Shown here: positions 12,701-39,607 of the stretch, piece by piece
How the letters are laid out: each line of letters opens with the position of its first letter
How positions within the stretch are numbered: the first letter of the stretch is position 1
Source: Tubiluchus corallicola
Taxonomy: Eukaryota; Animalia; Priapulida
Direction: 5' to 3'
Assembly (NCBI GenBank): GCA_030141605.1
Contig: JAQGDQ010000666.1
Location: 1 to 64,000, forward strand
Length of the DNA: 64,000 bases
Translations under genes and position numbers: made by a program
Notes under the pieces: model-generated
What the model was told of the DNA's origin: nothing
Databases searched by the model: none
What the model saw: only the letters and a program-made list of their open reading frames with translations

Positions 12701-15700
12701 CATACTGGGATGGTGGTGCAGTGCTGTTTCAGTAATGTGTTTTTGGTGAATCAGTGGTGCATACTGGGATGGTGATGCAGTGCTGTTTCAGTAATGTGTT
12801 TTTGGTGAATCAGTGGTGCATACTGGGATGGTGATGCAGTGCTGTTTCAGTAATGTGTTTTTGGTGAATCAGTGGTGCATACTGGGATGGTGATGCAGTG
12901 CTATTTCAGTAATGTGTTTTTGCTGAATCAGTGGTGCATACTGGGATGGTGATGCAGTGCTGTTTCAGTAATGTGTTTTTGGTGAATCGGTGGTGCATAC
13001 TGGGATGGTGATGCAGTGCTGTTTCAGTAATGTGTTTTTGGTGAATCAGTGGTGTATCATTTATGAAGCAAATGCGATTTTATTTAGACGAATATTTCAT
13101 TTCAGCTATGCAAAAGAATCCCGTGGGATCCGAATCTCGGACGCCCACCGCTACGTGGTCCGGTCTCGGCTTCTCCAAGTCCATGCCGGACGCCATCATT
13201 CGAGAACGATTAAAGGACAAGGGGAAGTACACCGGACCCAGCATGGCTACCACATACGAGGTGAGTGGTTGAAACTGGCCTGCTCGGAAACCAAATTCAA
13301 CAATGGCTTCTTGATCTAGTTGCCGTAATGTCAAAACTAATAACAAAGAAGCTTGTATTCGTTTCTTACAGAACTGTGCCAGCGATACGGAGAAAGACAA
13401 AGATCCGTGGAAAGATTCTCCAAACACGTCACCGTCGTCATCAATGAACGGTACACTAGGTGTCTCTGCTGCGCCGGGAGAGTTCCCGGCTAATCCTCTA
13501 CGCAGGCGAAATAAATGTAAGTGAAGGTTTGAGAACGTCTACTCACCTCACTAATTCGCGGCCTTTATCACCCCTCCTAACATGAGTGCTTTACCACCTT
13601 TATCACCCCTCTTAACTCGAGTGCTTTACCACCTTTATCACTCCTCGTAACTCGAGTGCTTTACCACCTTTATCACCCCTCGTAACTCGAGTGCTTTACC
13701 ACCTTTATCACCCCTCATAACACAATTGCTTTACCACCTTTATCACCCCTCGTAACTTGAGTGCTTTACCACCTTTATCATCCCTCGTAACTCGAGTGCT
13801 TTACCACCTTTATCACCCCTCATAACTCGAGTGCTTTACCACCTTTATCACCCCTCGTAACTCGAGTGTTTTACCACCTTTATCACCGCTCGTAACTCGA
13901 GTGCTTTACCACCTTTATCCCCCCTCATAACTTGAGTGCTTTACCACCTTTATCACCCCTCATAACTCGAGTGCTTTACCACCTTTATCACCCCTCATAA
14001 CTTGAGTGCTTTACCACCTTTATCACCCCTCATACTCGATTGCTTTACCACCTTTATCACCCCTCCTAACACGAGTGCTTTACCACCTTTATCACCCCTC
14101 GTAACTTGAGTGCTTTACCACCTTTATCACCCCTCATAACTCGATTGCTTTACCACCTTTATCACCCCTCATAACATGAGTGCTTTACCACCTTTATCAC
14201 CCCTCATAACATGAGTGCTTTATCACCCCTCATAACATGAGTGCTTTACCACCTTTATCACCCCTCATAACATGAGTGCTTTACCACCTTTACCACCCCT
14301 CGTAACTTGAGTGCTTTACCACCTTTATCACCCCTTGTAAGAAGAGTGCTTTACCACCTTTATCACCCCTCGTAACTCGAGTGCTTTACCACCTTTATCA
14401 CCCCTCGTAACTCGAGTGCTTTACCACCTTTATCACCCCTCGTAACTTAAGTGCTTTACCACTTTATCACCCCGCGTAAAATGAGTGCTTTACCACCTTT
14501 ATCACCCCTCGTAACTCGAGTGCTTTACCACCTTTATCACCACTTGTCATCTCATCACCTCAAAATGTCCTTGATCACTTCTACTCACTAAACATTTTTA
14601 TCACCGCTAGGCAGCTAATCATTCCATATTGCCTTTAAACATTTAATCACAGCTTTACCTAACTACTTCACCACTTTTACCATTTCTAGTCAGCTAACTT
14701 GTCCACCACCTTGTTGATCACTTGCTTCACTAACTTTATCATGTAGAGTTTGAAACTTTAGTCCTTCACGACAAATAGCATATAAATACATTTAATTTTA
14801 ATCGACTCATTTAAATCACAAGAAAACACTCTTCATAAATAAAGCTTGCAAAATTTTACGTGAAATTTGGTATCATGCACATCGTGACTTTGTGTTTGTG
14901 TTAACAATAATTTGTGTTTGGGTTTCTATGGTGACAAACAGACAAAGTCATCAAGTATTGCTTAGTATAATATTTCATTGTTCGTGCACCATCATCACAG
15001 CACATGACCCTTCGTCATTCTCATCCCCGCTTATATACTTGAATGTTCCCTTTTCTTCCCCTTTTAATAAACTATTAAATTGGAACGGCTTGCATGGAAC
15101 AACGAAGCCGTTTAAATAAACAAGTGCACATCCTAATCAAACATTACCGTACAATTGATGCTGATGAACTGATGAATTTTCTTCAAACAGACGAGTACAA
15201 CCTGAGCAGTAGTAACTACATCGACAGCGTGACCTTACCAAAGACGATGTGGACGGTGGAACGGACGAAAGAGGACCTGCCGGACCTCCTCAGCAAGCTG
15301 CAGTTGGGAAAATATACGGATCTCTTTCAACAACAGGAGGTACGTCTTCTTCGTTACGGTTCCCCTCGTGTGTTGCGTTGAAATGCGGTTCCTAGTTGCC
15401 ATGTTTTTCACCGTTTAAGACGCGTTTTTTTCTCGACTGCAAAAATCCAGCAGTACCACAGTACCTATACACGAGCTGCCACTGGCAAAGTATTCACTTA
15501 ACCCTTTCAGTCACAAATTATTTTTGTAATAAGAAAAAATTTTTGGCTTGGTACTTTTGTTCAGTATGTCCATCTTGTTTACACATAATAATTATTTTTT
15601 CTACCTGTGCCCGCGTGCTAAATATAGCCTGTATCCCACGGGATACATTGGGATTCAATGGAAGCTTCATTTTGCAACTGCTGATAATTTTTTAAAGTAT

Positions 15701-18266
15701 GTAAGACATTTAGTATGCATGCTATGCTGATCTGTACAAAGTCGTCTCTAAAGTACTGTACCTTGCGCAGTTTTTTATGCTATGTAGATTTTCTAGTTTG
15801 CCATTTTATCACCATTTTTAGTCTATTGTTATTGGCTTAAATCAAAATAACTATTAACAGATCAAATAACTGTCAGTTTTAAAATTTTATTTATTGTAAA
15901 AGCAGAAAATATTCTCGTATCCCACGGGATACAACGGGTATGAAAGGGTTAAGACTTCTGTCATGTCCTAGACATGTATAAATATGAGTATTTTCCACTT
16001 TAAAAACAAGCATTGTACAGTCAACCCTCATTAAACCGGACTAATTGGGGGGGGGGGGGGTCCGGTTTAGCCGATTGTCCGATTTATCTGATATGCCTAT
16101 ATATGGTCTATATTACACAGGAATAATCACCTTAATAAGGCCTATATACTGTGTACTATATACTATACTGTATATTACTTTAAAATAGTTAACCTGTGAG
16201 GATAAAGAAATTATTGTACAGTTGGTAGGCCATGTTGTGTTTAGCACTCGGGCTCGGACGGAAATCGGTCAGTTTCCTTTACCACGGATGACGTCCGTCT
16301 TATCCTATATCCGGGCTAACGGGGTCCGGTTTAACGAGGGTCGACTGTACTATTTTATATGACAATGAAAGTTTATAGAAGTCGTCGTATACAGGTACTA
16401 TGAAAATTTTTTCATTACAGTAAACAACAAAATGTTCTTAGGCCGGCCTAACTAAGGCCTAAATTGCTTCTTCTTTTTTTAAAGATGGGAATACATTTAA
16501 TACCCCATTGCATCTTTTATGGCAAAAAATATGACAACTTTTGTTTTTGAAATACTACGTTTATGTTTACTGTGTGTTTGTACTACTGCGCCTACTGCGT
16601 GGCATGGTGTGGCACAACTGGAACCTAGCTCATTATCACGGCTATACCTTTGTGACGGGGCACCGAACCAGCAAGGGTGTCTTAGCCATGTTCTAATGTG
16701 AATAAGTGCCTTTAATAAACTAGCAGAATTAACGTGATGGTGGACTGAACTGCCCAGAATGGTATCAAGCCTGGCCAGGTTGGTCGGCCATCCGTTTGCT
16801 GTCGAGTCTTAGCTTTGCTTAACTTCAGTTGCTAAGCACACTCGGTAACCATTCGACTCTGCTCTAATGTTCATTTTTTCATTATTGTTAACGTTCAGGC
16901 CGTTCATCAAACAGTTTCACTTTGACCCCTCTCATTTTTTTATGGTTTTTAGATTGACCTCGCAACGTTTATGACGCTAAGTGACCTTGACCTGAAGGAG
17001 TTGGGAATCTCGACCTTTGGCGCCCGCAGGAAGATGCTGCTAGCCATTTCTGGTTCGTTTTGAATTATTTGTGTTTAAGTCGTATTTTTAATTGCTCTTT
17101 CTGCCTGTAGATGGCAGCAAAGTTACTCTAGCCAAGTGTTCTAACGTAGACAATCAGAGTATGGAGTCAGCACTAGTTATTTTAGTGTAAGTGTAATTTA
17201 TGCAATTATGAATAAATGTTTAGTTGCCTTTCAGTTAAATAAAAATGCAAAAGATTGTCTACTTGCTTGACTCCTGCAGGACTGCACCACTCAAAATAGG
17301 ACTTATAAGACCAATAACTTTTCTGCTACTGTATGAGGACAGACATAATTAAATGATTACAAATTAGGGACTGTTCTATTCAGGAGAATATCGGTTATCG
17401 AATCATTCTATTTGTTTAAACATTTTTAGCTAATTTAATTGGGTAAAATTAAGAAAAACACGCCCTTTTCAGGCACTCCAACTTACCCTATTGAGTAGCT
17501 TAGTCTGGTGTACACTTGCGTGATCGTACACACTATTTTATTGATCACCTACTTGCTACAGCCCAAGAGAATTGTTGTTATATAGAATTCCAGGAAACAC
17601 CAAGCGGTCAGCCAACGACAAATTGAGGTCGTTTCATCTTTTAACTGAAATTTCTTCTTAAAAGTAGAGTAGACTTGAGGCCAAAGTGTACTAGGGTCTA
17701 GACAGTTGAACATTAGCCGATTTTGCACAAGTGATACTGTACATTGTCACAGTGTAAACACCGCAGTTGCTGAAGGGTTTTATTCATTTTTTTCATCAAA
17801 AATCGATTTTTAATTTGTCTAAGGTAAGCATATGCAATTCATGTATAATTTTGCATGAAAGTCCATTGTGTGATGGGGTAGAAACTTCAAAAATTTTCAA
17901 ATATAATGTAATTGTTGCATAGTGAGAGCAGTTTTTCATGAACCCGTGCAAAATGCAGCAAATGCTTACCGTCCTGAAAGAGTTAAGAATATCACTAATA
18001 TCATTAAAAATAGAAAAGATTTCTAAGTTGTGAAATATGTTGTTATTTTTCCATAGTATCTTCTTTTATCTTAGCGATTAATTATTGCATATGCAGAAAT
18101 GTCGAAACGGAAGCAGCCTCTCTCTCCGGTCGTCGGAGATGGCCGACCCATGGCTCCCTCGTGTGGCAGCATCGGACAGCAGGATCCGTCCCAGTCTCTG
18201 CTGACGACCGCCAACAGCTTGTCTCCACCCAGTGCGATGTCGACGACGACGAATAAAATATGGTAG
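3766..18266 (+). CDS. BICC1: Bicaudal-C homolog, 3' part (end of KH region, Ser/Pro-rich linker, SAM domain); 5' exons lie left of the window
   Basis: Phase-consistent GT-AG exons: 3766-3934, 5861-5989, 6557-6697, 8730-8973, 11818-11906, 13106-13260, 13372-13516, 15191-15339, 16953-17052, 18097-18266 (TAG). Diagnostic peptides SVIIKTSERNAAALYDAR, DYEHKKLMACKAMQKNPVGSESRTPTATWSGLGFSKSMP and SAM DLPDLLSKLQLGKYTDLFQQQEIDLATFMTLSDLDLKELGISTFGARRKMLLAISE; terminal Trp. Confidence 0.95.
4057..4570 (+). mobile_element. Non-autonomous hAT-like MITE, family B copy 1 (6-bp TSD TAATTG)
   Basis: TIR CAGGGATGAGAAT...ATTCTCATCCCTG; near-identical to 10926-11419 and 33727-34194. Confidence 0.88.
4830..5600 (+). 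mobile_element. Clustered partial copies of a TTAA-AGG-ended (Kolobok-like) repeat, family D
   Basis: ttaaaggaagacaggatgattttcc start at ~5152; shared core gatgacatcacaaac...aaaattgaagtacagtg also at ~22000 and ~35820. Confidence 0.55.
6952..8546. repeat. Minisatellite, alternating 88/86-bp monomers (174-bp higher-order unit), about 18 monomers
   Basis: Unit starts aaataaacttgaattgac at 6952, 7040, 7126 and onward; A and B variants alternate. Confidence 0.95.
9564..9695. repeat. 26-bp tandem repeat x5
   Basis: ttgaaagggagtgactacattttga(g/a) repeated. Confidence 0.9.
9763..10538. mobile_element. Older TIR element (hAT-like MITE) nested in another repeat
   Basis: Termini cgggggtgttaccgaa / ttcggtaacatccctg; subterminal aaaccgaaa repeats; TSD degraded. 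Confidence 0.55.
10926..11419 (+). mobile_element. hAT-like MITE family B copy 2 (6-bp TSD CAGACT)
   Basis: Same TIRs as 4057-4570; cagact at 10920-10925 and 11420-11425. Confidence 0.88.
12000..12180. mobile_element. Two divergent degenerate tRNA-derived SINE heads
   Basis: Plus strand tagtctagtggt...gggttcaggtcc (A/B-box-like); minus strand agttcaaatccaggtgcaaccc. Confidence 0.3.
12435..13055. repeat. 59-bp minisatellite, about 10.5 copies
   Basis: cagtaatgtgtttttggtgaatcagtggtgcatactgggatggtgatgcagtgctgttt at 12435, 12494 and onward. Confidence 0.95.
13562..14545. repeat. 35-bp minisatellite, about 28 copies
   Basis: gagtgctttaccacctttatcacccctcgtaactc period 35. Confidence 0.95.
15498..15952 (+). 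mobile_element. Non-autonomous piggyBac-like MITE, family A copy 1
   Basis: TTAA-CCCTTTCA...TGAAAGGG-TTAA; five near-identical copies in the window. Confidence 0.9.
16018..16347. mobile_element. pogo/Tigger-like (Tc1/mariner) MITE
   Basis: TA|cagtcaaccctcattaaaccggac ... gtccggtttaacgagggtcgactg|TA. Confidence 0.85.
16700..16865 (-). mobile_element. Degenerate SINE with 5S-rRNA-like segment
   Basis: Minus strand gaagttaagcaaag...ggatggccgacca resembles the 5S internal promoter; related fragment at ~3640-3690. Confidence 0.3.
17268..17985. mobile_element. Older piggyBac-like non-autonomous element
   Basis: ttga-ctcctgcaggac ... gtcctgaaagag-ttaa; related left end ttaacctcttcaggagcgcaccactcaaaata at ~25309. 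Confidence 0.4.
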
Positions 18267-19327
18267 CTTGCCAGCGCCACCTACGATTCCTCGTCGAGCG
18301 TAGTTCTGCTGCCGAGTACCGCCATCTAAGCGACGGAGGGCCCGTAATCAAGCGTCCTCTCTCCAACTAGATTTTGACTGGATGAACCAATGGCGAGTGC
18401 CGAGCGTTAGAGATATAACTGATAGTTTAGAGCACAGCTGATTTGTTTATATCAGAGATTATTAATAGAGTTTTTTTTTTAACTAAAGTAGAGTATAGCG
18501 CGGTCAACTACGAGTGCAAATAAGTTCCGTCTTTCAGTCGTGTTTGTTTACGTACGTTGTTCTATGATTATGGCACTTTGTGTTCGAGATTTGTTTTATG
18601 ATTTTTTTCGCCGCTGGGACGCGCTGTATTGAAATGCCGATTATGATACGTTTTGATCTGATGGCGATCGTGTTGGATGCAATATTTTCCCCCAAATCAT
18701 GTTCGCCGGCGTAATCCGATAATCTGGGTTTATTTATGTACTTAATTAACGATCAAGAGTTAAAGGGAAAGATTCTTTTCGTAATTTTCAGCGTCTTTTT
18801 TACGATAATTATGCAGACAAAGGTAAGTTTTATTGATTTTATATAACCGCTGATGTAATTCTACAGCGGGGTAGTAGGTAAGTTTCATTCTATTCTTAAA
18901 GCCTCTGTTTTATCGAGATTCTGTCCAGAGAGTCTGAGTTTATTTTTGGTAATGCCGCAGACTTCTCAGACAGGCGAGTTACTTCCAAAAATTTAGTTTT
19001 CTAATATTTCGGTTAATCACGTCTTGCAATGTAGTGCTATACCTTGTTACTCGTATAAAAAATGTATTTTCTTAACGGAGAAGCTTTGACCATCATAATA
19101 CAACACGTCGAATCTAATTACTTATAATGGACTACTGTTAACTTTAATTGAAGTTTTATTGGTGTTGTTGATTGACATTGTGAGACTTTAGAGCTATCTG
19201 TGTCCGAGTTTAAGTTAGAAGTTTCTACGGTGTGTTAATGTAAAATATAGTTTCAGGCGTTTTATTTTGATAACAACATTTTTATCAGTACTGGCTAAAC
19301 GAAGTTCATGTTGTATCATGTATGTTT

Positions 19328-20300
19328 TCTTGTTGATGTGGCACTGTGTACATTATCAAGTTGATGTTGCACTGTGCACATTTCTTGGTTAATGTTGCAC
19401 TGCGTACATTATCAACTTGATGTTGCACTGTGGACATTTCTTGGTTAATGTTGTACTGCATACATTATCAACTTGATGTTGCACTGTGTACATTTCTTGG
19501 TTAATGTTCTACTGTGTACATTTCTTGGTTGATGTTGTACTGCGTACATTATCAAGTTGATGTTGCACTGTGCACATTTCTTGGTTGATGTTGTACTGCG
19601 TACATTATCAAGTTGATGTTGCACTGTGCACATTTCTTGGTTAATGTTGTACTGCGTACATTATCAAGTTGATGTTGCACTGTGCACATTTCTTTGTTGA
19701 TGTTGAGTACATTATAAGTTGATGTTGCACTGTGCACATTTCTTGGTCAATGTTGTACTGCGTACATTATCAACTTGATATTGCACTGTGAACATTTCTT
19801 GGTCAATGTTGTACAGCGTACATTTTCAACTTGATGTTCCACTGTGGACATTTCTTGGTCAATGTTGTACTGCATACATTATCAAGTTGATGTTGCACTG
19901 TGCAAATTTCTTGGTTAATGTTGTACTGCGTACATTATCAAGTTGATGTTGCACTGTGCACATTTCTTGGTTGATGTTGTACTGAGTACATTATAAGTTG
20001 ATGTTGCACTGTGCACATTTCTTGGTCAATGTTGTACTGCGTACATTATCAACTTGATATTGCACTGTGAACATTTCTTGGTCAATGTTGTACAGCGTAC
20101 ATTTTCAACTTGATGTTCCACTGTGGACATTTCTTGGTCAATGTTGTACTGCGTACATTATCAACTTGATATTGCACTGTGAACATTTCTTGGTCAATGT
20201 TGTACTGCGTACATTATCAACTTGATGTTCCACTGTGGACATTTCTTGGTCAATGTTGTACTGCGTACATTATCAACTTGATGTTGCATTGCGTACATGT
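19328..20300. repeat. 56-bp (2 x 28-bp) minisatellite in predicted BICC1 3'UTR
   Basis: gttgatgttgcactgtgcacatttcttg alternates with gttaatgttgtactgcgtacattatcaa. Confidence 0.92.
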
Positions 20301-21101
20301 TCAGGATATTGTTGTACAATGTGTACTTTCAAGTTTAGCTTGTTGAATATGCTGATTTTACGGTGCCTTATCTTTTGCCAGACAACTCTCACTTGTCATC
20401 TACTCTGTAAATATTGTATTTCTGCGCCCGGCGCCGTGAACTTTGGCCGCGCGGTGACGGCGCGGCGCATTGCGAATCAAAAAAACGTGCCGTTTTCGTA
20501 TTGAAACCAATTTTTATTGGTTCTTATCCATTTTGTCGATTCGTTTATAGCATTTTTGAATTGTTGTTTGCATGATATATTATTGATGCAAGTTTTTTTA
20601 AGTGCCTTTCACAATGAGTTGTGAATCCGTGTGCATGAGGTTTTATTGTTATAAATAGAATTGAGACAGTTTTATCACCACCTGTATTATATCATTACTA
20701 TTTTACGTGCATTTAAAACAGAGCGCACTCGGTGCATCTGTTACAGTTTATTGTGAATCGTAGCGCAATTTAATATCGTTCGTATCTATTTTTATCACTT
20801 GTTTTTAGAAGTGTTCGCGTCATCTCGTGTTAGCGTTGCCATAGTAACCGCCGTTTTGAGTGATATCGTTTAGCACAAGATTGTACATATATTTTGTCGA
20901 CTTTCAAATCGGATGATGATTGTGTTTGATACATTTGATGCTGCCTACCAACTATGTTCACGGTTCATTTGCGTTCAGCGTTCACTCGGCAGGGTGTTCA
21001 TCTCTTCTGCTCAAGCATCATAAATTCTCCCCTGTACAGTTCATCGTAACTGCAAGACAAATCAGCTTTACTTTACCGAATCATTTTAGTGTCGCTTAGT
21101 T

Positions 21102-21228
21102 CATGTCCATATAAGGTAATTTGTCATGTCCATATAAGGTAATTTGTCATGAGGTAATTTGTCATGTCCATAAGGTAATTTGACATGTCCATATAAGGTA
21201 ATTTGTCATGTCCATATAAGGTAATTTC
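21102..21228. repeat. 23-bp tandem repeat, about 5 copies
   Basis: catgtccatataaggtaatttgt repeated. Confidence 0.85.
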
Positions 21229-21930
21229 ACTAATTTCTTGCCTCATTTGTGCATAATAAGTAGTTTTTGTTAAGAACTGTTAGATTTTATTTGAATAATA
21301 CTCAACAAAATACTTCAGAGTCGATATTATCGTTGACATAATTTCATATTTTATTGTGCGTCAAGCAAAATAACTGAAATATTGTCTGGACACTCGAGAG
21401 AGAGAGCTAAAGATGGAGTATTCCAAATTTTTGTAATATTTTTTTGAGATAATTTTTATACTTAGAGCGATGAAACTGTATGTCAAATTTGTACTATACT
21501 GTCACATTATACATACACTTATCTGACGTGCTATATTTCTAAACTTCTCTGTAAATCCATGCTGTATATAAAAATTGTATGTCAAAAGTGTGTTATTCAA
21601 CAATTTTCATAAGAAACATGTTTGCAGTACACTGAATTTGTGAACACACTAGTGAACTTTGTCATTTTCCTGAAATACTATAAGCATGCCATTGTAAGGT
21701 TTTGTTACATGCATATAAACATTGTCATTCATGCTTCACCTGCGAGCATTGTCTTCATGCTTCATTTTGTATTTTCAAGAATGTTCTAGTCATCGAGCAT
21801 AAAAATGTACAAGCTAATAACAGTTTATTTGTTATTTTGTAATTGAAGAGCGACTCTTTCTTATGAGATCCTAAATTTTGTATTGAAGTTTTTTGCTATA
21901 TGAGATACATAACAGATTGCATTGGTTTTG

Positions 21931-21936
21931 AATAAA
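21931..21936 (+). terminator. Candidate BICC1 polyadenylation signal (AATAAA)
   Basis: AATAAA at the end of a ~3.7-kb T/GT-rich, UTR-like stretch, followed by a T-rich tract. Confidence 0.4.
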
Positions 21937-21999
21937 AGAAATGTTTAATTGCGAACCACATCACTCTACGGTTTTTTTATGTCACCCTGTATTTTTACT

Positions 22000-22380
22000 G
22001 AAAGGAGGACAGGATGATTTTTCGTATACTGCCCATTTTAACTCCGATAAAAACTATACATTTTAACGCAACCAATACTGCAGAACCATTTCTGATAATT
22101 AAATAGAGTATTGATGACATCACAAACATAATTTTCAACAAGAAAAATATTCCACGAGCGTGTTGCACATGTTTGAGAAAGCAAAAATTGAAGTACAGCG
22201 TTACTGTAAGATATTCAGTGGGTATAAAGCACGGCTCGTTTTAAAATAAAAATTCAAATTTTCATGCATGAGCTCCAACGTGTGTAGTTCGTCACAAGCT
22301 AACACATCTGAACTGAGCGATACAACACCTGTTTGTGCAACGCTTTCCGAAATGCAGGCGCTAGTGCCCGTCTAACTAAA
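22000..22380 (+). mobile_element. Family D (Kolobok-like) fragment
   Basis: aaaggaggacaggatgatttttcgtatact; homologous to 5152 onward and 35819 onward. Confidence 0.5.
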
Positions 22381-23244
22381 TGCAAATGGTGAAATGCATG
22401 TAACAGCGAAGAACTAGTGGATGCAAATGTGACATTCAATTTCATGCTGAAGCTGAATTTCAAGATTTCAAGAATCACCAATAAAAGCAGTCAAACAAAA
22501 TTCATTTGCATTTCTTGATGTTGTTCGCTCATTTCATGATGTTTCAAATGTTTAAATGATAAAGATGGTAATTGTAGTGGTAAATATTATGTTCGATTCG
22601 TATTAAAAAAATCATTACCCCAAAGGATGTAAAATAAGTGTGTATAAACTAAATAATAATATTCACGCTATAATTAACTTTACATCAAGAAAAGACGAGA
22701 ATCCATTCAATTAGTACGCCTTACCCACGATTACTGTGGGCTAAAACGCTTGACCAAGCATGACGACGAACCTATACCATCTCTAAACCAGCAAAATCGT
22801 TGTAACGACAGCGAAACTTACTACAGGTACTAGGACTTTGCATAAAAGATAAGATTACAAAAACAAGAAATACATAAATCGATCTCATGTACTTTTAATA
22901 TTGCATACAATGTACGAATGATAGTAAGTAAGTATCTTTATTTATCACCTTTTTTACAAGACAAACACAAAGCATGGTACGATAATATGATAAAGTGACA
23001 AGGTTATTAAATGAATAAATTATCTGAGTTAATGATGTTCAAGTGATTGGTGAAAGGGTGGCGAAAAACTAAAAGTTACCAAAGTCAACCACCCTGTAAG
23101 TAATGTTGCTATTAGTAATATGCGCAATTATCTTGACGAAGATTTCAGAATAAGGTGTGTAAAACTATTGAGATTAACTGAGATTAAGTTTAAATTTGAA
23201 CAGAAATAAAGAATAGATAGAAAATATTTAAACTCAAACGTGTA

Positions 23245-23970
23245 CAGTCTAGCCTCGTTATCTCGCCCCTCGTTATGCCGCCAAACTCGTCTCTCGCCAT
23301 AGAAAGTACCAGGACGGATTTCCTGCTTTGATATTTACCTCTTTAAGTCGCCACCTCGCTTCTCGCCCTCGCCACGTCATGCTAGGATGAGTGCTTATGT
23401 AAACTATATTCGTTATGTCGCCAAACAGACAAACTCAGAGGTGAATCGATCAATACATATACCGCGTGTCGATCAATATAACCGCGGTATGTAGACAATG
23501 CTGCTGTACTCGATAGACAGACATAATTAATCTAGTGTGTGTCTCACCAGGATTAGATTAGGAGTGCTGTGGTTGGTTAATGCGCAGAGAAACTAAAGCG
23601 TCACCGATATCCTTACTCTATAACACCAAAGCTGCGTTTAAGTTCCACAAAGTGTGAGCAACTTTACATGATGTCTCTGAAGCGAAAACTGTTTTGTCTT
23701 AATCCTGAACAAAAAAAGGAAATTCGTATTTATCATACGAATAATTCTTCAAAGACACAACAGGAAATTGCTACTGTATTTAGTGCGAAATGTTGATTGG
23801 TATCATAATGCAAAATATATTTTATATGTACATAGAGGAACACTATATTAATCAACTATTATGTACATACATATAGACTAACTTCGTTATATTCCCGTTA
23901 TCTCGCCATACTCACCTCTCGCCAAAAATTTGCCCTAGACGGACAGTGGCGAGATAACGAGACTAGACTG
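23245..23970 (+). mobile_element. Tigger/pogo deletion derivative with transposase N-terminal remnant
   Basis: TA|cagtctagcctcgttatctcgcc ... ggcgagataacgagactagactg|TA; internal 23668-23796 reads MMSLKRKLFCLNPEQKKEIRIYHTNNSSKTQQEIATVFSAKC*, resembling the CENP-B-type HTH start. Confidence 0.85.
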
Positions 23971-24167
23971 TACAATTCATAGCTGTATTTAAATCACCCT
24001 GCTTAAGATAGTAGGATCATTTCCTATGTTACATAATTGTACTGTCCGTGTACATACGTAGTTCCCCGGATTAACAGATATAGCAAATATATATATATCT
24101 AAGTTAGCTAAGCTGATTAAACTATGTACAAATGTATGTGACTAGTAGCATCCGGAGACGACGGTCG

Positions 24168-39607
<15,440 letters not shown>

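Noticed and set aside
6952-14545. Regular repeat arrays as possible CRISPR arrays
   Set aside because: Head-to-tail units without unique spacers, in eukaryotic introns, with no cas genes.
20430-20465. SECIS element in the BICC1 3'UTR
   Set aside because: A UGA/GA pair is present, but helix II is too short, there is no apical AA, and BICC1 has no in-frame TGA.
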